Origin: Tubulanus polymorphus
Lineage: Eukaryota; Animalia; Nemertea
DNA: 64,000 nt
Assembly: GCF_964204645.1 (NCBI RefSeq)
Contig: NC_134035.1
Location: forward strand, 3,100,001-3,164,000
Direction: 5' to 3'
Shown: piece by piece, positions 1 to 11,988 of the stretch
Position numbering within the stretch: the stretch's first letter is position 1
Layout of the letters: each line of letters starts with the position of its first letter
The notes under the pieces: generated by a model
Seen by the model: the letters and a program-made list of their open reading frames with translations, nothing else
Databases searched by the model: none
Told to the model about the DNA's origin: nothing
Made by a program: the position numbers and the translations under genes

Positions 1-286
1 AATTACCTCTAAAACAACCATAACTCCAGTCACCCCACACACCAGTCTTGGTCACACTACCCATACTATTATTCATTTGGTAATACATTCGAAATCTAAT
101 GCTAATAGTAATACTATTGAAATTTTAAAAGTTTCCCCGCAGATTCAGTTCTAGCCAGCCAAATAAAAATGAACCCATCCGCATTATTTCTCAAGCTACC
201 GGCCCTGTCCACGTGGTACAGAATACAACATGGTATTCAATAGTGCGAAGAAAAATGAAATCCATTCGAAAAAAACGAATACTCAC

Positions 287-3200
287 TATCAGCGGTACGA
301 TTTTGAAGTGGAATAATGGACTATACACCGGACATCCAGTATCGACTACAAATCGGTGCTCCCATAGGGTTGTATTTTGCCAATACGTGTTCTGAAAAGA
401 ATTGTTCAAGTTTTCCAAGTGATCGTTAAATTTTAGTATCATGGTTTACAGAAATGTAATCAAGTGGTCGTGATGGCTTTAACTGCAGCAGGGAATTTGG
501 GATTTTGGTATAGAGTATTTGAATTTTTCAAGGTCCCTCAAAATGGTGGCATGAAATATAACTGATTGACCTTTTCCAATAAAACGCAATTTTCAATTAA
601 TATACGCATATATTTTCCACGCATACGCCTGGAGTTAGAATTGTCTTCACTTGAGCATAATTTTCAAAATTATTTTTCGGGAGTTCGCCTAAATAGAACT
701 GGACCCGGTTCTACGGTTGTTACTCAAGAGTTCCCTAACAACTCACAACTGGAGAACTGAATCTCGTATAGCGCGCCACGAGAACGCCTTCTTTAACTGA
801 TATCTTTTCCCATGTCGCCCTGACCGAGATCTTTGTTTAAATTATTGTTCAAAAACTAAGGGAAGAATCATTCCTAAGCCTTCGTGAATGAATCATACGA
901 ATAAGTACTTACAACTTTCGTTTCGGAAGCGAAAACCTTCGCTATGGCGATTTTCGGCTGTTTTCGAATACCACGACTGTCGAATGTCAACCGAATCGGA
1001 TCGAGATAGTGATTGCATGTCGGAAAGAGCAGCCGCGACGCGTTGTATTTGTTCTGTATTTCAAAAAGAAAAGTATAACAATATAATGCGACTTCTATCG
1101 AAATGGGAAAATCTATTTCCTCCGCAAGTCCGGCGGTGGCGCGAGGATCACAATGAAATGACTCGCTGAAAAAAGATTTCCGGGAATTTTCTAATCGCTT
1201 AGAGATAAGTCGTCTCTTTGGTGCTAATTTGTATTTCCAATTCAGTTCGCTGAGTATAAACCGTCGTTTGTTTAAAAGTCGTCATCATTATGATCGCATG
1301 AGTTCAACGTATATGATGGTCGCTGTTGTTAAGAAATATTTCTAAAAGGAGTTCAAGACATCTGTCCACAGAAGACTCTCCTTTGCATTTGAACTGCTGT
1401 AAATAGGTAACCCGCGCTAAATAAGTAACATTTAATAATATCATTTCAAAAGTAAGTTTTCAAAATATTCAACCGAGGCACTTTGATCGGTATGATGGTT
1501 GAAGTATACGATCAACACTGTGTTTTTTTTGTTTTCCTTGGAGAAAGGTTTTACGAAAGCGTTTATTTCATAAATTAGAATGTGAAATCTTGCAACACAC
1601 ACTTACCGATAGAACAGACGCGTGAAATCGACTTCCATCGAAGCCCGTCCGCATACCCGACAGTACCCTGCGCATCAGATGACTAAATTGTAACAGGTAC
1701 ATATCGACTTCAGTGTCGGCCGTTACTCTGCCCGGCCTTGACGAGCCGGGATCATCCTTCGTTTTGTTCGTGTTCTTCTTGAACGATGAAGGTACGTCGA
1801 TGTACAGATCGTTGAGTTTCAACAGTGTTTGGCTGGGCGGAAACGCGACCGTTCCTTCGTCGCTAGGGCCCTGTAAAATGCGATGAATCATTTCTATTCT
1901 ATTAAGCTTTCATGCGAATTATATGATCTGGTAAAAACAGAAACAACATTATCAACTAAGGCTTATAAAATCGCACATTTATTATCTGTCACTTGGGTCG
2001 AATTATCTCATCTCTTAGAACCCTAACAGTAGAATATGAAATAAATTCTCATTTCGTTGTTTTACTCGAATCATCACTTTAGGCTAAAAAGAAATCGACG
2101 GTCCCTGATTCAAGTTAGGAGGGGGTTTACTGTGAAAAGAACTGGCTGCAATAGGGTTATACGTACCTCCAACGTTCCGCATATCCATTTATAGGACTTA
2201 ACGCCTGTCTGGTCAACTATATCAGCTAACTGAAAAATATGGAATAAAACTGTCGATCGCATGTCAGCGTGACGCTGTTTTGATTATCATTAATAATCTA
2301 ATAACTTATAATTATATCGTTCAATCAAGTTGAATGACGTCATCGGTATCAGCAGCGATCGATGTAGCCATATTTAGCCATGTGTAGGCATAGGCAAGAA
2401 GGCTGGAAGTTTTTAAAGTTAATTCATTAAGCATTCCTTTACTTTTTCAAGACCTTTTCCTTGTATCGCCCCATGAATATCTGACTACAGACTGAAGTTC
2501 AAAATCTTAGTTTATACGCCCATAATCATCTTTTTGTATACCTCCCTTTGTACCGACAATCAAGTTGTAATTCAAGGGGAAATAAAGTTATAATCATTAT
2601 CATTCTTCATTAATTTGTGGTTATTTCTTTACATCTGTTATCATTGCCCATCTGTAGGTCCGGTGAAAGAAAAACACGACCGTATCTATGTCGCGCGATC
2701 TTAGTAAATATACGATGTCGTCGATGCTGTCCGGGTCGGCGCCGATCGTGTAGCCGACCTCTCCTTGATAATACGCTAATTTCGTCCCGCGAATCATCAG
2801 CGGGTATATATTCTCGACCAACCAACCGGGTTCCAGTAGAATCAACGTTTTCACCCGCTCTACGTCTGCGAAATGAGAGAAAAATAAACTCGTTTCTCTA
2901 TCGATTTAAAGGAGAGTTTGAAAATATTCCGAGGTCGCCATGATGCAGTTCCACAGTTGTGAGTTAAGATTTGACTCAAGTTAACTCGCTTGAAATGAAC
3001 TGATTTTAACTCAGAATTAACTCTACCTGACAACGGTGGAACCGGGTCCAATATTTTCGTAATGACATTGGCAATAAATAGATATTGAGTGAAAAGGGTA
3101 TATAATGATTATTAACATGACTGTGGAACTGGATGTCCATGTTCACAACGCGATTTTGGTAAACATAAGCTTATACGGAAAAAACTAATCAAAATAGTAA

Positions 3201-5484
3201 AAAATGCACCGTATAGTTTATTCATTTTTTAATCCCTACTACATTTTTATGTTCAATTTGAATTTCAAATACGCCTACATCCATCCGTTGGGGTTATCGA
3301 CATACATTAAAATGCACTAAACTACGCTTCGATAATTTTGCTTTTGCTCACCATATTCCATGTTTAGAAAAAACTCAAAATCGTATAAAAATCACTGTTT
3401 ACCAGTAATGACTTGGATTTAAGAAACCAAAGACCCCCATCGGACTTAAGTCATAAGCCGTGGCCGAGACAATCGGCTGCATGATGTAGCTATACATTCT
3501 GGGGCTTTTTAAGTTACGCTGCCTTATCCCAAACTAGAAGTCCTGATTATATAGAAATTCGTCCGCGATCAGTAAATCCAAATATCAGAAATACTGTATC
3601 GAGGCTGCCGTTTATGAATGAATTAATCAATGTTTCCATTTTTAATTTTACAAAAAGAAAACTGTTAGTTTAAGAATGGCTAATAGAAATAAGTCTAAAC
3701 GTCACTGATGCCTTAGTTTTGGAAATGGCTCATAGAATTGAGTCAAAACGTCACTACTTTTTTTGCCATAATTTTTGGTTTCTTCGGTATCCCAATAGTG
3801 AAATTCGGTAGTTAACAAATTAACAATGATGCAGATATTTCTAAGGTAAAGGTAACTAGAGTTTACATACCTACGATATAATGGATATCGTGTAGGAGTA
3901 AAACTCTCTCCGACTGTAGGAATCGCAGTAAATCCGCCGTGGTCAGCCATGTTTGTTCCCTAAACGGCTGCATGTTAACTATCGGTCCGGCGATCTGACC
4001 GGTCAGTCGCAGGTGCTCCGTTTGTAAGTCGTCCACGGGCGTGATCACGAAATAGGGAATGTTTTTGAGAGCCGATATCGACGCGGCGCTGGCTACGTAG
4101 CTACCGACCAAAAAGTCAACTCTATCGACTTGATTTCTTTCGTACCATAGCAGATCTGAAATGAATGATGATATATATTGAATATAATGTATATAAATTC
4201 AATATATAACGTGATGCATTGACGATATATTTTCCTTTATAGTTTTTGGAAAGGGCACATTTGTATCCCGGCAAGAAAAGATACACTAATAATAAGTTGA
4301 ACATGTTATCATGTTAAACATCTTGCGTATCTTGTGAGTCGAGGCAACAGCCCGGACGGTCCAACAAAAGGTGACTTGTCACCATAAAAGACTAAAACCG
4401 ACAACTAAAGACAAGCAATAGTTCGGTAATCGAATATCCTAATCGATATCAAGAAGTGGTACGACACAATGTGACGATAAATAATGCTGGGACTAGCATT
4501 GATGCGTCATTTCGGCTGTGATCAATTAGATTAAAATGGCTTTTAGTAGTTCTGCCGTGATTAAATGAATAAACCATGCACGTAGATCCAACGGGTATAT
4601 TTAACTATCTCCGGGGATTAGTTCGATATCTAGCGCGCAAACTAATTCGATAGTGGTTACATATTCGACAATACTTCGCTTTTAATCGTAAATCCAATGT
4701 GGTAACGTTTTACGCGGAGTATGGAATTTTTCATGACATCGACATCACTATAGCGATCACTAACCAGCTGCGCGTAAGCCTACCTGTTTCAGAGAAATAC
4801 GACGATCTTTTTTCGGGAACTACTCTGAATTCTACGAACATTAACACGTAGCAGGCGGTCTGCGCCACTCCCGTTCCGTTACTGCCATAATCGAATTCGG
4901 TGAGATGGTACACGGTGCCGAAACGGTCCCGCAACAGCATCAACTCGGCTCGTTCCAGTAACGTATTGTACGGGTCGTTTCTATCCCTGGTTCCGACGAT
5001 ACCTTCGAATAGAAAAATATTCCACAAGATAGAATATTCAAAAATCCAACAAAGGGCATCTAAAAAGTATGAATCAAAATGGATAGAAATAACGCGGAAT
5101 GAAGAAGTTCGGCTCTCTCGCATAATGCATTAGCGATTTGTGAGGAATAGAATTATTGATGTAATTAGAAAACTTTATCTGAAATAAAAATTACTGCTTA
5201 GTTCAGCTCGAAATGTGTATTTAACTCCTTAAGGGCAAAGCTATGAACTCGAGAGGCGAGTCTCTCGGAAAAATATGACATTCAAACTCGCTACGTATCG
5301 AGGTATTACGTATAGACCTACCTATTGTCATAAATCTCATATCGCTCGAATTTTGACATCTCTTCACCGCTCTACCCAAATAGGGGTCCGGGGCATCGGC
5401 GGCGACGAATTTGTGAATTGCGACCAAACCCAGCAACGCCGACAGAATTATCAAAGAACAACGGAAGGTATCGTTTATCCACAT
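287..5484 (-). CDS. Ionotropic glutamate receptor-like protein, 5' portion (signal peptide + ATD/ANF-receptor domain + start of S1); 3'-partial
   Basis: Phase-consistent GT-AG exons: 5484-5322, 5002-4784, 4155-3871, 2865-2633, 2229-2167, 1870-1607, 1053-913, 391-287. Translation shows a signal peptide (MWINDTFRCSLIILSALLGLVA) and ATD-like motifs IGIVG, VDFLVGSYVASAASISALKNIPYF, TADLLRFLQSERVLLLHD, SYKWICG and LTFDSRGIRKQPKIAI, then FKIVPLI, which resembles the start of iGluR S1. The gene continues beyond position 1. Confidence 0.7.
2946..3050. mobile_element. MITE (family with GGCCC-GGTTCCACAGTTGTGAGTT-type termini)
   Basis: Imperfect terminal inverted repeats (CAGTTCCACAGTTGT...ACAACGGTGGAACCG). 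Related copies at about 700-764, 33149-33252, 44030-44120 and 61173-61265. Confidence 0.6.
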
Positions 5485-5538
5485 GTTTGTGAACCAAACC
5501 GGCCGTTAGGTCTAAAGACTGGCCACCCGAACACCCTG

Positions 5539-5547
5539 CTTTTTATA
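5539..5547 (-). promoter_or_regulatory. Candidate TATA box of the iGluR-like gene
   Basis: TATAAAAAG on the minus strand about 55 nt upstream of the ATG at 5484. Confidence 0.35.
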
Positions 5548-6996
5548 CGACTAACACGTCAATTTAGAATCCGGTGATATAAAACACTTTGCCATCCCCC
5601 TGAGATTTTGCGCAGTATTCCCATTGTAAATAACAAAAATGCATTAGTGGCGATGACATGACTATCGTATGGAAACATATTGTAATCGTTGGTTTATTAG
5701 ATTTCAGTGGTGTGCGCTCACCGAGTCGGCAGCGCATCATGTTGCGGGTACATTATCATAATATCCAGTGAAAATTATCATTATCGCCTTAGTATCTGAT
5801 ACATTTTTTTTTCAAATGAATTCCACTTTAACCTAGACAAGACTTTGAATTTTGGTTTTAGAAAATATTTTATCCGAATATGTTTGCATAATCGTAGATA
5901 GGTTGCTAGGGATATGGGTTGCGAATCTCTGTAATGGTTCAGATGTATTGCGCTTATTTACCAATAGCCATGTTGGGGCTTCAAACGGGGATGGACGAGT
6001 CATTTGTAAGAAAATAGAATGATTAATTTTCACGGGGTCGGTTTTGAGTTTGATGAGTTTTATGGTTAACCCGCCCCCGTGATACTGAGATTGGAAGTTT
6101 TAACACGTTTTGGTTTGCGGCTCTGTTGCCTTTGTTTTTGGGTTTTGTTATTGCTCCGTTCGGATCTTGGGTTCTTAAGACTAATCCTATTAGATTATTC
6201 ATTTTAACCCGCCCACGACGGGACTACGAACTTCGAATTTGCCCGAGCCCCAGATGATGCCGGCTTTCAACCCCTCTGCGATGTAGTATTTTGTTTATTT
6301 ATTTTCTTTTTATTGTCGTTAGCAACAAAATTTCTACTACAGTCGATTTTTATGATCTAAAAACGTAATCGCTTCTGTTATCAGTTTTCCCTCGGGTCCA
6401 ATCGTAGTTTGACTAAATAAATAAAATTTAGCGTTGAATTGAACAAAACCAACTGAATAAAAGTTTAATTGAATTGAAAACGAAGGCGCGATAAATGCAG
6501 AGACGTGGAGACCAATTCCAATTCAGCTATATTGAATTGTCGGATTAATTTGTGCGGTATTTTCCTGTCGATTGTCTGTTTCTCATCAGGTAGGCAGGTA
6601 GGTGCATCTATGGAATTTCAATATATATCTCGAAAATCTTTTCAGCTATCGTTGAGTGCTGTTGTGATCTATTGATGTTTGCTTAGAAAAATGTTGTCAA
6701 TGCGTGACGGTGACGATCTTTTTTTTGCAGTCGCTAAAAAAGGTCTACTACTACACACAACTCCATCCCCGTTCCGGCACTCTCAATGAATATGCCCCAG
6801 TTTACATACATGAACATGCATCAAGAGATGTATGAGCCTCCAATGAATGAGGGTTTTGGAGTCCTCAGCCAGAATTTTTCTGAAAAATAAGTGCATCCGA
6901 TTCAATTCATTGAACAGTTGAATTGATGCCGGGTTAGGCTAGGTCCAACCTTGGTCCTTCTTGTCCGTTCATTATTGGGTGTTTCAAATTCATATA

Positions 6997-7310
6997 TTGT
7001 TAGATTGGTTGTAGAACCAAAATGAGCTTAGTAGACTAGTCGGAATTATTAGAATGATTTACGGAACCAAAATGAGCTGAAAAGTTATTAGATTGGCTTT
7101 GGAACCAGAGACTGGTCAAATTGTTAGGTTGGCTATAGAACCAGAGCTTAGACTAGTCTTAGATTGTTAGATTCATTATAGAATTGAAATGAGCTTAAAC
7201 TACTAGATTTGATTGGTTTTAGAACCAAATTGAGCTTCGACTGGCTTCCCAAGATGATATATTAGCTATGGAACGAAATGAAACTAGACTGGTCTTTAAT
7301 CTAGGTCTTG
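6997..7310. repeat. Degenerate minisatellite (units of about 40-50 bp) derived from a MITE interior
   Basis: Recurrent TTAGATTGGYTRTAGAACCAAAATGAGCTTAGACTRGTC units that match the interior of the MITEs at 10782-10930 and 60436-60573. Confidence 0.7.
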
Positions 7311-7724
7311 ACCGTGTATGAGGCCTGAGAACCTCTTACAAATGTAACAATATTAGAATGCTTTGAAAGACACGTGTCGCTGTTATTGATTCAATGTTTT
7401 GTTGTGCGTGGCGCCGTGCAGCGTTCAACGTCTGCCAGCTCTCTCTCTCTCTATATTGACTAACAACAGATAAAGCTTGATGTGTTACGCGATTTCAGGT
7501 CACAAGCAAGGAGCAACTACTAGCATTCGCTTTAACTAGCAGCATTTCACAGGGTATGAACAAGAAGTGCTTCGTCTTATCTCTTCCCATTCGAAGGTTA
7601 GTCGATTATTATTCCCATAATCTATTTATGCAGTTTTTCAATAAGGCTTAATTTTCGATTATTCTTATGATGATCGAAATTGTTTATTGTTTTGTTTCGT
7701 CTTCAACGACATGGATGAATCCAG

Positions 7725-7857
7725 CGCCGGCTGTAGTTGCTCAAAAGTTGGTTAAAGATAACCGGCCGATAGATACTATAGTAACGATGAACTTTTAATT
7801 GCCACTATGTCATTTTATCCACTGGTGTACTCTAACCAACCTTTGAGCTACTGGCCC
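7725..7857. mobile_element. MITE (GGGCCGGTTGCTCAAAAGTTGG family)
   Basis: Inverted termini GTAGTTGCTCAAAAGTTGGTTA...TAACCAACCTTTGAGCTACTGGCCC. A better-preserved copy lies at 33018-33145. Confidence 0.65.
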
Positions 7858-10781
7858 TAGGTCTTTATGGGACTACCATCATAGTCTCGGAATATTGAGT
7901 GCCCTGTTTATCTAAAGGCCCTTCACGTCAAAAAGGACACTTTGAGATTTGATGCTATTAGGAGATTTTAGTTGACCTTTCTTAACTTCGAATCTAATTG
8001 CTTTTCGAGTTTGGTGATAATTTTGATAAGATATTGGAAATGTAAATGATATTCTATTGCAATAGAGATAAGGGTTGAGATAAGGGTTATAAAAGTGTTT
8101 GAATTAAGAGCATTTGCACCGAAATCTGTCATTATTTGCTGCTTTTTCACATGACAAAAACAACATGCGTGTAGCAAACTTCAAAATGCGGGTCATAATT
8201 ATTGATTAACTGGGCTCTTTAGATTAATTCCTAGTCACAATGAAATATTGTTATTGCTATATTAATACTGAGTTATTTTACTACAGAGATATATCGACAA
8301 TTTTGATTTCAACTTTTGATAAATATAGATATTTTGAATTCCGTCATGGCGTCTATATGCGGCGCGGGTCGAAAAATCTCTACGCATTGTTTTGATATTA
8401 TTCGCGGGTATCGTTGAACTAGGTTGCATATAGAACCCGTGACGTCGAAATAACTGGTAAAAATGCGGTTTCGGAGTTCTTCATTTTTGCCATACACGCG
8501 CGTATAGATTGCAAATGTGCAGACATTTTAAAAAAAATTCTGTTCTATTGACTGAATAGAAGACCCGCAATAATACGTTACACTGATGTTTCGGGTAGTC
8601 TGAGATCGGATAGAAGCATTCTTAGAATTAGCTTCTATACATCTTCAGAGATTTATTTGTAAAGAATGGACCTATTCATTACGTGGAGACGCGACGGATT
8701 AGACTTTGTATCGATTCCGACTGTCGCCGAGTCAACAGTGAAGTAGATCAAACTGAGTCGGGTTAAACGAAATTCTGGACGTACGTGCCGAAACACCGAG
8801 CGATGACCGAGAACGGAGAAGCAGCGAACACGAACACAACATTTCCGCGAAAACGACGATTTTATCGATTTGCGCATGTGTTTACATGTTCGGCGTGTCA
8901 AGGTCGTCCTATTGATTCCCGTCGTCCCCGCCCACTGTCGATATTTCTATGCGTCGCGCGCTCGCGGCTTAAGCGTGGATTCCCTCAGCGCATAGATAGG
9001 ACGAGATTCGAGTATTGAAGATTTTAAATGCTTTATCCTTCTATCACTTGCTACAGGGCCCAGTTTCACGAAAAAGTTTACTTCAAATTTTTGGTGTAAT
9101 TGCTTTTGGATACTTTATGTTTTCAATAAGGACAACAATTTAAACACTTGCACATAATGCATTCTAATGCAGTTTGCAAGTTGATTTTGTAAGTATTATG
9201 TACTATGGCAAATAAATTTTTTGTTAAAAAAAACAATTCAAGCTTAACCGTTTTTGGCTTACACTTTTTCGTGATACTTGAGCCAAAACCGGATCGACCA
9301 CAAATTTGAAATGATTACAATTCAACTCTGATTTAATTTTTTGAATGAATTTTGCGCGGTAGATTAACGGTGGACTGGTTTTCAAACCGATGTTTACACA
9401 TCTTAAAACGAATTCAGATCCGGTTCTCAAATATCCAAATACATGTAGAAATAAAACGACGCTCAATAAACTGGGGTAAATCAATTTAAAGCAGTGTCCT
9501 CTTGACAGGAAACATACACTTAACTAACACTTACAGATTTAGAGTGTCCTTTTCACGAGAAATGTCTTAGCTTAAAATGTCCTGTAGCGCTTTTTATGTA
9601 GCCCAATGGAGCGCTCGATAATCAGGGTCGCGTGGCAGTCTCATAAGGACCTACTGGATTCACCCCTATTTTAGAGACCATCCTCTAAGGTTTCAATATT
9701 TAAAAATATACCATATACTTGTTAAATCTCAGTATCTGTTTTTGTCATTTGTCATGATATACCAGGCCTGATGACGACAACTATTTTAGAGTAGTTTCTA
9801 CTCATTTCATTGAGAGCTGAAATACTTCCAAAAAAAAATTGAAATACTCTTAAAATCACAAATAGTTTTGAGTACATATTCAATTACGCAACTATTTTTA
9901 ATGTGAAATTACTTTTTAATTTTCATTGATAACTACTGCTATTAGTGAGATATCAGGTAATCTGGTCTGAATTACTGTCCATTATCAGTATATGTTAGAG
10001 TTGTGGTAATTTCTCAATTATTTCCTAACTTCCCTGATATTGGTGTATTGTGTAACTGCACTGATAAAACTGTGTCATTTCAATGCATGAAAAATGATTC
10101 TCAGTATGGTTATTACATCATATTTTACAAATATAATTCGCGGTCATATTTCACGATTATCAAACGCGTTCGGTGAATTATCAGCGTCAGAAAAAAATAT
10201 AGAAAAGAGATAAATCCCTCTCGGTAAGAGTTTTTAAGCGTGACCTGGTTGCAAAATTGCGGCAATATGAATTATGCCGATGTTTTATATGACAAATTGT
10301 GCAAGCGCTTGATATCAGCTGCCGAAAAATACATACGGAAATGTTTGAATATAATATACACATGGTATTAAAATGACGATTTCCGAGAATCGACTATTGA
10401 ATTTTTTTTTTTTCTACGGTATATATTAGATTATTCATCCCCTGCTGCAAACATCTGCTATAGAATTGAGCAGCTTGTAAGTTATTGCAGTCTGTGCGTT
10501 GAAGTACGAATAGGGAGAATATTCGATATAAATGATTGCACAGCTAGAATACTGTCCTGTCAGGGTCATCGCTGATCGGGGTGGAAAATCAGAATATTTT
10601 CCTTAATTTTCCACGCAGAGAAAATCAGAATTATTTTCCCTGCATGGAAAATTTAAGAATTTTCTTTAAATTCAAGGAAAATCTGTAATTTTGAAAAGCA
10701 GCTCAGTCATTAGAATACGCTTCATTGAGCTCCGTTAAGCGTATTTCACTCAAATTAAAATGGAAGACCTTCTATTTCCCC

Positions 10782-10930
10782 GGGGCCAGAATTTGGCACA
10801 TTCGTGACTTCAGTCCAAAAGTTGTCTCAAATCTTAACACTGATCTAGACTTTGTTAGATTGGCTAGATGGAACTAAGATGGTATTAGACTGGGTCTTAA
10901 ATCTACGCCATGATCGCGTGCAACTGGCCC
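10782..10930. mobile_element. MITE, degenerate reverse-orientation copy of the 60436-60573 element
   Basis: GGGGCCAG...CTGGCCC termini and a shared interior (TTGTTAGATTGGCTA..GAACTAAG). Confidence 0.6.
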
Positions 10931-11831
10931 TTATGTTCTCATATGTTCTCATCTCTTCACAAAAAAATTGAAATATTCACAGTTCCAACACTACAAAAGG
11001 CTTTATTTATACAAACAATTCTAGAAAGGATCCTCTCTGCATTGTCAATGTCCGGCAGTGTCAGAAGATTGGTGCTATTATCACAGTTTGCCTTTGTTCA
11101 AGTTTCTAATCACGAAAAAAAACCAAGGAAAGAATCAAATTCAACATCTTCCAACTCAGAGGTGAAATCAGAAATTCCTTGTACTATACTGTCTTCATAG
11201 GTTCATCTCTATTTTAAGTATCCCGGCAAAAAATCTATATTACCCTCGGGATAGTGGGATACTGCCAAAATCGAGCCCTGGGCACAGAAAGTAAAAGTGC
11301 AAAAACCGTAGACCTAGATTAAGTTTCCGCTTAAATCGCATCGCGTTGTTAAAAACTGCCCCGTCCAAAGTCAAGAATTTTCTCCTTCAAGTACACATCC
11401 CTGGAAATCAATTGCCTCTGCTCGGTTTCGAATTTCTGTACATCTGAGAAATTCTGCACGGCAGGGCAATCATGCGATGGCTTTTTAAATGACAGTCAAC
11501 TCTTTTTCACAGTCTGCTCTCCTAAAAGTGCTGTAAGGCCTATACGCTGTTGTTGTTATCGACAATTTTTTTGCGCCTGTTTTTTTTCTTCGTAAATATT
11601 ACCTTTCGGTATTTATCTTTTCGTTAGAAATGTAAATAAAAGCGATAGACGCAGAATGTTGTTAGCGAATAAAAGCCATCCATCAAAATATCGTATTTGA
11701 CATTTGCCGGGAGTTTTAATTCTGTTTCTGCTTACCAGTGGTACTTACTACTGGTAAAGTCTTTATGAATTTTCCCGGTACTATTGTCCAAAATGTGAGA
11801 CGATATTCTCAGTAAAACATTTCACAAAATT

Positions 11832-11988
11832 AGGCCGATGACCACACTAGAGATCATCGTCAGGTGTCACACCTGATGATGATCTCTAGGGTGAGATTGA
11901 AACGTCGTGTCTTTTATATATTTTAGATTTAATAAATAAATTCTGGTTTTTAAATTCTTTTAATCTGTAAATAGTGGGATTTTATCTT
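11832..11988 (+). mobile_element. Penelope-like pLTR remnant / retrozyme-like insertion with 13-bp TSD
   Basis: Direct repeat ATTTCACAAAATT at 11819-11831 and 11989-12001. A short inverted copy (11847-11867) precedes a hammerhead motif, followed by an AT-rich tail. Confidence 0.7.
11869..11910 (+). ncRNA. Minimal type I hammerhead ribozyme motif
   Basis: ACAC-CTGATGA-T-GATCTC(TAGGGT)GAGATT-GAAA-C-GTC-GTGT: intact core, 4-bp stem I, 6-bp stem II, palindromic ACGT stem III and a GUC cleavage triplet. Confidence 0.7.

Noticed and set aside
7-95. Possible further minus-strand exon of the iGluR-like gene (FRMYYQMNNSMGSVTKTGVWGDWSYGCFR)
   Set aside because: Available acceptors are phase 2 while the preceding exon ends in phase 0; it cannot be joined confidently at the window edge.
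1304-1396. Possible alternative terminal exon (QFKCKGESS...HHIR*) giving a secreted ATD-only isoform
   Set aside because: Only an acceptor-like site supports it; exon 1053-913 gives the motif-bearing continuation.
9766-9810. CTGATGA resembling a hammerhead core (similar heptamers at about 32094 and, on the minus strand, about 47333)
   Set aside because: No correctly placed stem II plus GAAA and NUH site.
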